Source: Eubacteriales bacterium (GTDB lineage Bacteria; Bacillota; Clostridia; Oscillospirales; CAG-272). From it: 64,000 bases of DNA. Positions 54,180 through 63,737 of the stretch are shown piece by piece (position 1 is the first letter of the stretch; every line of letters begins with the position of its first letter). The DNA lies in contig JAZODH010000058.1 of NCBI GenBank assembly GCA_045596925.1, forward strand, positions 5,791 through 69,790, given 5' to 3'. The position numbers and the translations under genes were made by a program. The notes below the pieces were generated by a model that did not search any database, had not been told where the DNA came from, and was given only the letters and a program-made list of their open reading frames with translations.

Positions 54180-56264
54180 TTATCCTTCAAGTCCAAAATA
54201 GTGATCAAAGACCGCCTTTACGGTAATTCCCGCATCGGTACCGTTGCTTCCCTGCTCGATCACGCAGGTGCTGATGATCTCGGGATCGTCGTAAGGCGCA
54301 AAAGCCGTGAAGATAGCGTTATCACTCTTCTTGTCACTGACCTGCGCCGTTCCTGTCTTGCCGCCGATGGCAATGGGGTATTTAGAGAATATCCTCTTAG
54401 CCGAGCCTTCCTCCGTCACACTCTTCATGGCGCGGCGGATGGTATTGTAGGTGCTGTCGGATATCTCGATCTCGTCAAGCACAACGGGCGTGTATTCGTA
54501 GATTATCTCGTTTGTATAATAGTGGCGGACGCTTGACAGCAGGTGTGCCGAATATCTCGTTCCTCCATTTGTTATCATGGCAATATAACAACTTATCTGC
54601 ATGGGAGTAAACAGGTTATCCGACTGTCCGATGGCTGCCTGCAGGGTATCGCCGGGGTACCATTCAAGCCCCTTTGAATCTCTGTATTCCTTGCCCGCAA
54701 GAATGCCCGAGTACTCGGAAAGCTCGATTCCAGTGCTGACGCCCAGTCCGAATTTCTTCGAATACTCGTTCATCGTCTCGATGGTCAGCCGTCTGCCCAC
54801 GTCGTAGAAGAAATAGTTGCAGGAGACCTCGATAGCCTCGACCACGTTTATGGTGCCGTGGGTACCTCCGTTTCTCAGATACACCCAGCAACGGGGACCG
54901 TTTTCATCGTAATAGGTGTACCGACCCTTGGTGGTAATGGTAGAATTAGGGGTTATTATCTTCTCTTCCAGAGCCGCCGTGGCAACGCCGATCTTGAAGG
55001 TGGAACCGGGCTGGTAAAGTCCCATAGTGGAGCGGTTGAGCAGAGGCTTTGTCTCGTCGTCCCGCATCGACTCATAATCCCGGCTAAAGGTCTCAAGATT
55101 ATATGTGGGATTTGAGGCAAGAGCGTAAATGTCGCCGTTGTTTGCACCAATGGCGGTAATTGCGCCTGCGGACGCGTCCTCACCGTCAAGTGCTCCCGCC
55201 GTCTCCTTTGCCTTGTCGCGGATATACCGGATATTTTCCTTCAATGCGTCCTCGGCGGTGATCTGCATATCAATGTCGATAGTCAGCCACACGTCGTTGC
55301 CGGGGATAGGCTCTTTTATGACCTTACGGGAGAGGATATTTCCGTTTTCGTCCTCCTCGATCAGCATTTTGCCGTCTGTGCCGTGCAGGTATTCCTCAAA
55401 CACCTGTTCACAGCCCGAAATGCCAACGATAGCGTCCATATCGTAGCCGAGCTCCTTGTAATATTCCCAGTTCTCGGCGGGTATCTTGCCCACTCGCCCG
55501 AGAATGTGGGATGCATAGCCCGGATACTCGTATTTTCTGGTGGTCTCGGTGTTGATCGACACTCCTCGGATATTGGACTCCTCAAAATAGGTAATGATAC
55601 CCACGTCCGCGTCCCGGGCGAAAACGTAAGGCTCTGCGGTGCTGAATTTCCTCAAATCCATGGCGAAGCGCACGGAGATCAGAAAATCCACCTGATCCAC
55701 CGTGTAGACGGGCTTCCCGTCCTTCTCCGCGTCAAGCTCGAAGCGCTTGACATAGTATTCGGCAAGCTCGGTGGCGCGGATATCGCCGTCCATCTTCTTT
55801 GATTTGAGCATCTTCTCAAACTCGGATATATAGGCGCTGTCCGCCAGCTTCCGCTCGTCATAGATGAGATTGGGATAGCTTCCAAGGAAAATGCTATCCC
55901 GATTCACGTTGTTCTCGATACCGCCCGCTTCCTCCAGCACCTGCTTTGCCACAAGGATCGTGGCGTTTGACTCGTGAGCACCGTAGGGCATAGACCCGTA
56001 ATCAAAGACAACGCTGTATTTATATTCGTTTGTGACCAGAGGCTTTCCGTTTCGGTCGAATATCTCGCCTCTGTGGGCAGGTATGACCACCGTTCGGGAA
56101 TCGGCGCTTACCAGAACACCGCTGATATATCTGTCACGGTCTACCACCTGAAGTCGCATCAGCATCGCCACGTAAAAAATCAGCGCGACCGCCAGAAAAA
56201 CGCCCACCGACGCTATTCGAAGCAGATGGTGGGACTGCCTTTTGCCTTCCTTTTTCCCTCTCAT
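54180..56264 (-). CDS. mrdA: Penicillin-binding protein 2 (elongasome transpeptidase)
   Basis: 694 aa. N-terminal TM, PBP dimerisation domain, transpeptidase motifs STFK, SCN and KTGTA. Downstream of mreBCD. Confidence 0.9.
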   Translation of the reverse strand: MRGKKEGKRQSHHLLRIASVGVFLAVALIFYVAMLMRLQVVDRDRYISGVLVSADSRTVVIPAHRGEIFDRNGKPLVTNEYKYSVVFDYGSMPYGAHESNATILVAKQVLEEAGGIENNVNRDSIFLGSYPNLIYDERKLADSAYISEFEKMLKSKKMDGDIRATELAEYYVKRFELDAEKDGKPVYTVDQVDFLISVRFAMDLRKFSTAEPYVFARDADVGIITYFEESNIRGVSINTETTRKYEYPGYASHILGRVGKIPAENWEYYKELGYDMDAIVGISGCEQVFEEYLHGTDGKMLIEEDENGNILSRKVIKEPIPGNDVWLTIDIDMQITAEDALKENIRYIRDKAKETAGALDGEDASAGAITAIGANNGDIYALASNPTYNLETFSRDYESMRDDETKPLLNRSTMGLYQPGSTFKIGVATAALEEKIITPNSTITTKGRYTYYDENGPRCWVYLRNGGTHGTINVVEAIEVSCNYFFYDVGRRLTIETMNEYSKKFGLGVSTGIELSEYSGILAGKEYRDSKGLEWYPGDTLQAAIGQSDNLFTPMQISCYIAMITNGGTRYSAHLLSSVRHYYTNEIIYEYTPVVLDEIEISDSTYNTIRRAMKSVTEEGSAKRIFSKYPIAIGGKTGTAQVSDKKSDNAIFTAFAPYDDPEIISTCVIEQGSNGTDAGITVKAVFDHYFGLEG

Positions 56265-56305
56265 ACGGACAGCCTCCTTTCGTAGAATTTAACAAATTAA
56301 AAATA

Positions 56306-56848
56306 TCAGCCTTCCATTTCTCTGTTGTTAAAAAATCTGTGCCATATAAGCCGTGTCACAAGATAAAAGGGCAAGGAGAAAATGAAGGAAGAAAATACAT
56401 ACTTAAAAAATGTGCGCCCAAGATATTCAAAAAAGGGAGCACCAACAGAGATCCGAGCGTAGATCGCGGAGGTCAGGCAGCAAAGTACCAGAGCCAAGAC
56501 CGTGGCGATGACCCAGGACAAAAAGTCCCGACTGAGCACGGAATAGGTAAGAAAAGCCGCCACTACCGCCAAAAGCATATAAAGCACCGCGGAAGCGGAA
56601 AACCCACCGGTACCGAGAGCATCTATAATAAGTCCGCCCATGATACCGCAGATGGTCGCCGACCGCTCACCGTCGTGAATAGCAATAGCTATAACGCAGG
56701 GAAGCACGATCTCCGGAACCACCCCAAAGGGTTGATACCGCGCAAAAACGCAGGTCTGTACCAAAGCCGAGCCAAACAGCCACAGAAACCAGACTATGCT
56801 TTTCTTGGTCAGCTTTTGCCACGTAATGGGCGATCTTTGGCTGTTCAT
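56306..56848 (-). CDS. mreD: Rod shape-determining protein MreD
   Basis: 180 aa polytopic membrane protein directly after mreC. Confidence 0.75.
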   Translation of the reverse strand: MNSQRSPITWQKLTKKSIVWFLWLFGSALVQTCVFARYQPFGVVPEIVLPCVIAIAIHDGERSATICGIMGGLIIDALGTGGFSASAVLYMLLAVVAAFLTYSVLSRDFLSWVIATVLALVLCCLTSAIYARISVGAPFFEYLGRTFFKYVFSSFIFSLPFYLVTRLIWHRFFNNREMEG

Positions 56849-56866
56849 GCCTTTCCTCCTTCGTTT

Positions 56867-57727
56867 TTATTCTGTCGTGTCCGCAGACTCCTCTGTGTAA
56901 CCTGCAAAGTCCTTGATTATCATCACCCGCGAAATATCGCGCAGGTCCACCGCAGGCTCAACGTAAGCGCTGAGGGTTCTGCTTGCCTCGTCGGGAACTA
57001 TCTCTGAGACCGTTCCGATGAGAAGTCCTCTGGGATATACGACGCCGATACCGCTTGAGATTATTCTGTCCCCCACCTTGATATCCGAGTCGGTGGAAAG
57101 ATAGGACATCTGGCAATATCCTTGATTTTTAAGAGAAAAATCTCCTTTGACTATGCCTATCTCACCCGAGCGCTCAACGTAAGCGCCCACCGAGGTGGCC
57201 GTTTCTATAATGGTGGACACCTTGCACCAGGTGAGTCCTACCTCGGACACGTATCCCACGATACCCTCGCCCGTGATCACAGGCATATTCAGCTTTACGC
57301 CGTTGGCCGAACCGCAGTCAAGAGTCAGAACCGTCATGTAATTTCCCGACTCGCGTCCGACCACCGTCGCCGCTTCAAAAACGTAGTCGGGGTGCAAACG
57401 GTGCAGACCCAGGTAATCATAGAGCCACTCGTTCTCCTCGCGGACGACCTCCGAGCGGTAGACCTGGTCCTCCAGCTCCTTTATCCTTGCGCGTAAAGCC
57501 TTGTTTTCCTCGTTCATCTGGTCGAACTCGCGGAAATACATGGCAAAGCCCTCGATAGCCTCCTCTGTCCTGGTTATGACGAATCTGAAGGGGGTGGCTA
57601 TGACGTTCAGGGCGTTGCGGACCACCGAGCCTTGTCCCATAAGGGAAAGCACGGTAGGCACGGTCACAAGAACTATTGCCAAAAGCAATGCGATTATAAA
57701 AAATCTTGATCTTAAGAATCTCGCCAC
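56867..57727 (-). CDS. mreC: Rod shape-determining protein MreC
   Basis: N-terminal TM, coiled coil (ENKALRARIKELEDQV), and beta-barrel domains with ...GIVGYVSEV... and ...YPRGLLIGTVSEI.... Confidence 0.9.
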   Translation of the reverse strand: MARFLRSRFFIIALLLAIVLVTVPTVLSLMGQGSVVRNALNVIATPFRFVITRTEEAIEGFAMYFREFDQMNEENKALRARIKELEDQVYRSEVVREENEWLYDYLGLHRLHPDYVFEAATVVGRESGNYMTVLTLDCGSANGVKLNMPVITGEGIVGYVSEVGLTWCKVSTIIETATSVGAYVERSGEIGIVKGDFSLKNQGYCQMSYLSTDSDIKVGDRIISSGIGVVYPRGLLIGTVSEIVPDEASRTLSAYVEPAVDLRDISRVMIIKDFAGYTEESADTTE

Positions 57728-57750
57728 AGCGAAGTCTCCTTTATCTGAAT

Positions 57751-58758
57751 TTATCTGCGAAGAACCACATTACGGAGCAGTCTCGGCTCCTCGATTCCCA
57801 TGCCCAGTCCCAGTGCAACGCAGTCAAGAGGACGCTTTGCCACGTTTACGCGCAGTCCCGTCCGTTCGGTTATAAGGGTAGGCAGACCGCGCAGGAGCGC
57901 ACCTCCACCCGCCAGAGTTATTCCGTAGTCGTAGATATCTGCCGAAAGCTCGGGAGGCGTGCCCTCCAGGGTGTGCTTTATGCAGTCGATGATCTTTTCG
58001 ATCTGCTCTTCCATTGCGTATCTCATGTCAGCCGAGGTGAGGCGCAGAACGCTGGGAAGTCCCGTGCGCAGGTCACGACCGCGTATCTCTGTCTCCTCGA
58101 TGTCGGCGGTCGGGTGGACCGAGCCAATCTTCTTTTTCAGTTCCTCGCCCGTGGATGTTCCGATTGCCACGCCGTACTGACGGCGAACGTAATTTACAAT
58201 AGCCTCGTCAAGCTCGTCGCCCGCAGTGCGCAGAGAGCGCGCCGCCACGATTCCGTCAAGGCTGATGACCGCCACCTCGGTAGTGCCGCCGCCGATGTCC
58301 ACTATCATGTTTCCGCGGGGACCCGAAATCCTCAGTCCCGCGCCGATAGCCGCCGCCATAGGCTCCTCAACAAGATCCACCGACTTTGACATAGCGTCGT
58401 ATGCCGCATCCTCAAATGCCTTTTTCTCAACCTCGGTGACCCCGTAAGGTATGCAGATTATAACGCTGGGACGGTCGAAAAATCCGCCCGTGTTTATCTT
58501 GCGGAAAAACTGGTGTATCATCTGGGTCGTGACATCAAAGTCCGCGATAACGCCGTCCTTGAGAGGCTTGAACGCGGCGATGGTACCGGGTGTCTTACCC
58601 AGCATCTTCTTTGCGTCCGAACCCACCGACACAACCTTGCCCGTCACGCTGTTTTTGGCTACTACCGAGGGCTCGCGCAGAACGATCCCCTTGCCCTTCA
58701 TAAAGAACAGGGTGTTGGTAGTACCAAGATCTATTCCTATCTGTTTGTTCATTGCCAT
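57751..58758 (-). CDS. mreB: Rod shape-determining actin homolog MreB
   Basis: IGIDLGTTNT, DIGGGTTEVAVISL and GGGALLRGL motifs. 335 aa. Confidence 0.95.
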   Translation of the reverse strand: MAMNKQIGIDLGTTNTLFFMKGKGIVLREPSVVAKNSVTGKVVSVGSDAKKMLGKTPGTIAAFKPLKDGVIADFDVTTQMIHQFFRKINTGGFFDRPSVIICIPYGVTEVEKKAFEDAAYDAMSKSVDLVEEPMAAAIGAGLRISGPRGNMIVDIGGGTTEVAVISLDGIVAARSLRTAGDELDEAIVNYVRRQYGVAIGTSTGEELKKKIGSVHPTADIEETEIRGRDLRTGLPSVLRLTSADMRYAMEEQIEKIIDCIKHTLEGTPPELSADIYDYGITLAGGGALLRGLPTLITERTGLRVNVAKRPLDCVALGLGMGIEEPRLLRNVVLRR

Positions 58759-58813
58759 TATGTAATTTCCTGCCCTGTCGGCGTGCCGACAGATTTTCCT
58801 TCCTGCGGAATTT

Positions 58814-59419
58814 TTATTTTATCAGATCGATCACGTCAATGCCGAATGCGGCTTTGAGCAGTCGGCAGAGCTTTGAGGTGGGAAGTCCCACCACGTTGAA
58901 ATAACAGCCGTCTATTCCTTCGACCCACATTGAAGCGTGACCCTGAATAGCGTAAGCCCCTGCCTTGTCGTCCGGCTCGCCGCTGTCGGCATACCACTCT
59001 ATCTCACGCTCGGAAAGCTGTGAAAAGCGCACGTAGGTCTCCTCGTAGGCGCCTGCAGTCTTGCCGTTGTATTCAACGTAAAGTCCGCTGAGCACGCTGT
59101 GGTCTCTGCCCGAAAGCAAGCGGAGCATTCTGAGAGTATCCTCGCGGTCGCGGGGCTTGCCCAATATCTCACCTGCACAAGCCACCACCGTGTCGCAGGC
59201 GATGATCAGCGTGTCGGTCAGGTCTTCTCCTTTTTTGCGGAGGCTCCCTGACACAGCCCTTCCCTTTTGGGCGGCAATGGACATTACTGCCTGCCCGGGT
59301 GTCAGTCCGTCCTCGACCTTTTCCTCGCACTCGCTAACGATTATCTCAAAATCAAGCCCCAGAGAGCCTAAAATCTCTTTTCTTCTTGGTGATTTTGATG
59401 CAAGAATTATTCTCATCAC
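58814..59419 (-). CDS. maf: Maf-family nucleoside triphosphate pyrophosphatase
   Basis: ILASKSPRRKEIL and AGAYAIQG motifs. Confidence 0.9.
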   Translation of the reverse strand: MMRIILASKSPRRKEILGSLGLDFEIIVSECEEKVEDGLTPGQAVMSIAAQKGRAVSGSLRKKGEDLTDTLIIACDTVVACAGEILGKPRDREDTLRMLRLLSGRDHSVLSGLYVEYNGKTAGAYEETYVRFSQLSEREIEWYADSGEPDDKAGAYAIQGHASMWVEGIDGCYFNVVGLPTSKLCRLLKAAFGIDVIDLIK

Positions 59420-59874
59420 TTGATACCCGTAGAGCCAAAGCCGCCTGTACCGCGCTCGGTCTCGTCAAGCTCGTCGCACTCGATAAGCTCTGCCGCAAAG
59501 ACGGGCATGAACATAAGCTGTGCTATTCTGTCGCCGTGCTCCACCGTAAAATCCTGCGCGCTTCTGTTGTAAAGCCCTACCGAGATCTCTCCGCGATAGT
59601 CGCTGTCGATAACTCCGATGCCGTTTCCGAGGCTTATACCTTTTTTGATGCCAAGACCGCTTCTTGCGGCAACAACGGCAACCACTCCGCTGTCCTGCGG
59701 GGAAATCGAGATTCCCGTAGGCACGGAGACAGTCTCACCGGGGTGGATAACGAGGGTCGTGCCCTCCTCGATAGCGGCGCAAAGGTCAAGTGCCGCCGAA
59801 CCCGAGGTTGCGTATTTTGGCAAAGTCATGCCGCGACTCAGCTTTATTTTTACATTTATTTTGTCCATTTTCAA
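59416..59874 (-). CDS. dut: dUTP diphosphatase
   Basis: GSAALDL, IDSDYRGE and RGTGGFGSTG motifs. Confidence 0.9.
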   Translation of the reverse strand: MKMDKINVKIKLSRGMTLPKYATSGSAALDLCAAIEEGTTLVIHPGETVSVPTGISISPQDSGVVAVVAARSGLGIKKGISLGNGIGVIDSDYRGEISVGLYNRSAQDFTVEHGDRIAQLMFMPVFAAELIECDELDETERGTGGFGSTGIK

Positions 59875-59878
59875 ATCC

Positions 59879-61906
59879 TCATTTTATTCTTCTTACCCTC
59901 GTGTTATCGGAGGGTGGGGTTCTTTCCTTGTAGCGTCGGATAACGCCGTCAACCTGTGCGGGCGTCTCGTCCGAGAAAATAAAGTGACGGCTTCCTATGC
60001 CGTTTTTTGTCAGCTCCTCTTCCCTGTCCGCCATGTAGGTGGGAAAAGAATTGTAAATGACGTTCCTGTGCTCCGCTTCGCGGAAAACGGGGAATTTTAT
60101 CCCCTTTCTGTCAGTCAGGGTCGCCTTGCCTGCCGCGCAGGCGTTGCAGTCCGCAACCTCGCGTATGACGCACTTTTCCACCGTCATCAAGGGAATACGT
60201 CCGTAGACCACGGCAGAACCGCCGATGTCGCGGGTCTGAGCCAGAGTCAGCTCGGGAGAGGATATGAACTCTCTTACCCCCAAAGCCTCAAGCTCTCTCG
60301 CCGCCGCTCCGTTAAAGATGTTCAGACGGAAATCACCTCTGATCTCAAGTCCGCATCCGCGAGCAAGCCCAAGGTGTCCCAAATTGCCCACAAGAGCGAA
60401 CTTTGCGCCCTTTTGCGCGGCAATTTTTATCATTTGTGCCACCGACTCACTCTCCGTGTCGGTTACGACCGCAGGGATTATCACGCCCACCTTACCCTCG
60501 CCGCCCACAGGCAGCTCAAAGCCGTGTACGGGAAGATATATCTCGTCGAAATATTCAAGCGCCGTCTCACTGATCTGTGATACGGACAAAAACCGCGCGG
60601 TCCTCTTATGAGGCTGCATCCCAGGCTTGTCCAGAGGAGCAAATTTTATCTGTGTCTCCTCCCTTGCGGGTGAGCCTGCAAGCGCTTCCACCGCACCGCG
60701 TCTAAGCTCGTTCACCTTTGACAGGGGAAGCATTATGTCTCCCTCAACGAAAATATCCACCGACCTCGCTTCAAAGGGGGTGCCTCCGAACTTGGTGAGA
60801 TTTTTTTCGATAGATTCGCGAGACAAAGGCGCATTTATGGCCTTTTCGGGGGCTTGTCCCGTGACCTTGACCGTCCGCTCGCCGCATTTCAGCGTAAGCT
60901 CGCAGGGACGTCCCACCTCAAAAGCAGCCGTCATATCCACGGGGATCTTTCTCGTGATTTTATCAAAGGGAGTCAGAAGTCGGCTGTCCTCTTTGTTTTC
61001 CTCTCGGCGAACACCCAGCATCCTGCTCGAAATATTCGATCTGAAATAACCGTCCGTAAAGCCGTCGCGTGAAAATACCGACGCAAGATATTTCATCTCC
61101 TGGGCATCGGCGCCTCTGCCCTCGTCCAGAAGCTTGCGATAGACTGCCGTCACCGCCCGGACGTATTCGGGGGACTTCATGCGACCCTCTATCTTAAGAG
61201 ACGCCACCCCGGAGTCAATTATCTGCGGAATGTAGGGCGCAAGACACAAATCCTTTAAGCTGAGGGGATATTTTTCCTTTCCTCCCACCGAAAAAGGTAG
61301 TCTGCAGGGCTGCGCGCACTCCCCTCGGTTTCCGCTTCGACCGCCCACAAGCGAGCTGAAAAGGCATTGTCCCGAATGGGAAACGCAAAGAGCACCGTGG
61401 ACGAACATTTCTATTTCAACGGGCGAATTTTCTGTCAGAGCGCAGACGTTTTCATAAGACAGCTCGCGGGCGCAAACCACCCTTGAAAAGCCGAGCTTTG
61501 CAAGCTCTACAGCTCCCGACGCGCTGTGGCAGGACATCTGAGTGCTTGCGTGAAGCTCAAGCTCGGGCAGGTATTTTCGCAGATATGCCGCGCCTCCAAG
61601 GTCAGCAACGATAGCCGCATCCGCGCCCATTCGATAGACCTTTTCGGCGGTACGCACGAAGTTCTCCGCCTCGCGGTCAAGCACCAGAGTATTAAGAGTA
61701 ACGTAAGCCTTGACCCCGTAGGCATGGCAAAGCTTGAACGCCTCCTCAAGCTCACCGTCGACGAAATTCTGCGCACGTATGCGGGCATTAAAATCGGGCG
61801 CGCCGAAATATACCGCATCGGCACCGCCGTCAATGGCGGCCATAAGCGCCTTCAGCGACCCCGCCGGGGCAAGCAACTCCGGCAAAGCTCCTTTTGCTAT
61901 TCTCAT
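59879..61906 (-). CDS. U32-family peptidase-like protein (long form)
   Basis: 675 aa. ELLAPAGS, ADAVY.G and E.F.HGALC.S.SGQC.LS signature region. Confidence 0.85.
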   Translation of the reverse strand: MRIAKGALPELLAPAGSLKALMAAIDGGADAVYFGAPDFNARIRAQNFVDGELEEAFKLCHAYGVKAYVTLNTLVLDREAENFVRTAEKVYRMGADAAIVADLGGAAYLRKYLPELELHASTQMSCHSASGAVELAKLGFSRVVCARELSYENVCALTENSPVEIEMFVHGALCVSHSGQCLFSSLVGGRSGNRGECAQPCRLPFSVGGKEKYPLSLKDLCLAPYIPQIIDSGVASLKIEGRMKSPEYVRAVTAVYRKLLDEGRGADAQEMKYLASVFSRDGFTDGYFRSNISSRMLGVRREENKEDSRLLTPFDKITRKIPVDMTAAFEVGRPCELTLKCGERTVKVTGQAPEKAINAPLSRESIEKNLTKFGGTPFEARSVDIFVEGDIMLPLSKVNELRRGAVEALAGSPAREETQIKFAPLDKPGMQPHKRTARFLSVSQISETALEYFDEIYLPVHGFELPVGGEGKVGVIIPAVVTDTESESVAQMIKIAAQKGAKFALVGNLGHLGLARGCGLEIRGDFRLNIFNGAAARELEALGVREFISSPELTLAQTRDIGGSAVVYGRIPLMTVEKCVIREVADCNACAAGKATLTDRKGIKFPVFREAEHRNVIYNSFPTYMADREEELTKNGIGSRHFIFSDETPAQVDGVIRRYKERTPPSDNTRVRRIK

Positions 61907-62241
61907 CTTCTGCCCCGCAGACGTGAAATCTCCTCACGCAAGCGCTCGATCTCCGCCTTCTGCTTTTCGTTCTCTTGTGCCAAGCGGTTGAGCTGTGCGT
62001 TTTTCAGGGCTATCTCCGCATCGTATGTACGGTTCTTCCTTGTGAGTCTCACCTTGTCCGAGCAGTAATCAAGCGCGCATAAAAACGCCGCCTCGGTCTT
62101 TGAACAACGGCGAGATGAGCTGTTTATCTCTCTCATCTTGCGGTCGAGTATACCCACCACCTCGTCAACAAATTCCGGCGCCTCGTCGGTGAGCACGTTC
62201 ATCTCTGTTCCCGCTATGGTTATGGTGTATTTCTGTTTCAT
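61903..62241 (-). CDS. zapA: Cell division protein ZapA
   Basis: 112 aa. YTITIAGTEMNVLTDE start and a C-terminal coiled coil. Confidence 0.75.
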   Translation of the reverse strand: MKQKYTITIAGTEMNVLTDEAPEFVDEVVGILDRKMREINSSSRRCSKTEAAFLCALDYCSDKVRLTRKNRTYDAEIALKNAQLNRLAQENEKQKAEIERLREEISRLRGRR

Positions 62242-62264
62242 GACCTTTCCTCCGGAATTTTTTG

Positions 62265-62293
62265 TTGCTTTTTTGACTTGAGTGTTGTATAAT
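62265..62293 (+). promoter_or_regulatory. Candidate nth promoter
   Basis: TTGCTT 62265-62270, 17-nt spacer, TATAAT 62288-62293. The region is AT-rich. Confidence 0.4.
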
Positions 62294-62426
62294 ATTACTG
62301 CAAGTTACAATAAGCCTTATTATATATTATAATACATTTTAACTTATTTGAAAAGGGCTTATTGAAAATATTTCTGAAAAATTCGCCGTTTTTTTATTTT
62401 TGATCAAAAATGGCACAGGAGAAAAG

Positions 62427-63086
62427 ATGAGAAGCATAAAGGAAAAGAAGCAAAGGGGTGCGGAAATAGTCGACGCCCTGAAAAAAATATACCCGTCCTC
62501 GGAATGTGCTCTGCAGTACGACGGCGAGCCGTGGAAGCTACTGGTCATGGGCAGGCTGTCCGCCCAATGCACCGACGCACGGGTAAATATCGTCTGCCGC
62601 GAGCTTTTTGATGTATTTCCCACCGCACAGGCAATGGCGGACGGCGACCTTCGCGAGATTGAGCGGATCGTGCGCCCCTGCGGACTGTACCGCACAAAAG
62701 CCGAAAGCATAAAAGCCGCCTGTAAAATGCTCGTCGAAGACTACGGCGGGGTTATTCCCGCAGACATGGACGAGCTGTTAAAATTCCCCGGGGTGGGCAG
62801 AAAGATCGCAAATCTGCTCCTGGGGGACATATACAAAATGCCCGCCATAGTGGCGGACACACATTGTATTCGCATTTGCGGACGTCTGGGCTTTTACCCC
62901 GAGACGCTGAAGGATCCGACAAAGGTAGAAAAGACACTCGTGCCCATAATCGAACCGACCGAGCAGAGCGACTTCTGCCACCGCATCGTTATGTTCGGAC
63001 GTGAATACTGCATGGCGCGTTCACCCAGGTGCAAGGAGTGTCCTATCGCACGTTTATGCGACAAGTACGCAAAAGCAAAAAAATGA
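62427..63086 (+). CDS. nth: Endonuclease III
   Basis: HhH-GPD (LLKFPGVGRKIANLLL, catalytic Lys/Asp region) and the C-terminal Fe-S loop C..C..C....C (CMARSPRCKECPIARLC). ATG 62427 follows AGGAG. Confidence 0.9.
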   Translation: MRSIKEKKQRGAEIVDALKKIYPSSECALQYDGEPWKLLVMGRLSAQCTDARVNIVCRELFDVFPTAQAMADGDLREIERIVRPCGLYRTKAESIKAACKMLVEDYGGVIPADMDELLKFPGVGRKIANLLLGDIYKMPAIVADTHCIRICGRLGFYPETLKDPTKVEKTLVPIIEPTEQSDFCHRIVMFGREYCMARSPRCKECPIARLCDKYAKAKK

Positions 63087-63092
63087 TGAAAA

Positions 63093-63124
63093 GGCACTTG
63101 TGAAAGTCCGCTTTCACAAGTGCC
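63093..63124. terminator. Bidirectional terminator between nth (+) and spoVAC (-)
   Basis: 14-bp stem GGCACTTGTGAAAG / CTTTCACAAGTGCC, loop TCCG, followed by TTTGCTTTT. Confidence 0.85.
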
Positions 63125-63132
63125 TTTGCTTT

Positions 63133-63576
63133 TCACATCATCTGACAAATCCAATAAATCACCCCGTAAAGCGTTCCTGCCAAGGTCGCGTAAAGCAACA
63201 CGGGGCCTGCCACCGTAAATATCTTCGCACCAACCCCCAGCACAAGCCCCTCCGCCTTTGTATCAATGGCGGGCGACACGACCGAATTGGCAAATCCCGT
63301 AATGGGAACGAGCGTTCCCGCGCCTGCGTGCTTTGCGATCTTGTCGAAAACTCCGATTCCCGTCAAAAGTGCCGCCAAAAACACCAGCGACACCGAAGCG
63401 AGAAGCCCCGAATCCTCTTCGTTCATTCCCCAAACGCCGTAAAGATTGGTCAAAAGCTGAGCAAACGCGCATATTCCGCCTCCGAAAAGAAATGCTTTCG
63501 TGCAATCCTTCACAACGGGGGATTTGGGCGCACGCCCCTGCGCGTATTTTTTGTAGGTTTTTTTGTCCATGTTCAT
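63133..63576 (-). CDS. spoVAC: Stage V sporulation protein AC
   Basis: 147 aa. KDCTKAFLFGGGICAFAQ and GAGTLVPITGFANSVVSPAIDTKAEGLVLGV closely follow the SpoVAC pattern. Confidence 0.85.
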   Translation of the reverse strand: MNMDKKTYKKYAQGRAPKSPVVKDCTKAFLFGGGICAFAQLLTNLYGVWGMNEEDSGLLASVSLVFLAALLTGIGVFDKIAKHAGAGTLVPITGFANSVVSPAIDTKAEGLVLGVGAKIFTVAGPVLLYATLAGTLYGVIYWICQMM

Positions 63577-63737
63577 GATTTTCTACCTCCACGGCTATCT
63601 TTTTACTGAAATTTTTTCCCGAAACTTAAAATTTTATTCCTTTTGCTGTTTACTTTTTCCTTGACGGGCGGTATAATAAAAGCAGAAAAGCAAAAAATAA
63701 CACCGACGAATACAGAACGGAAGGAATGATCACAGAT

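Noticed and set aside
58775-58792. Hairpin CTGTCGGC/GCCGACAG between maf and mreB as a possible terminator
   Set aside because: It has only a 2-nt loop as drawn and no U-tract on the - (coding) strand. It is probably just a 5'-UTR structure and is too weak to call.
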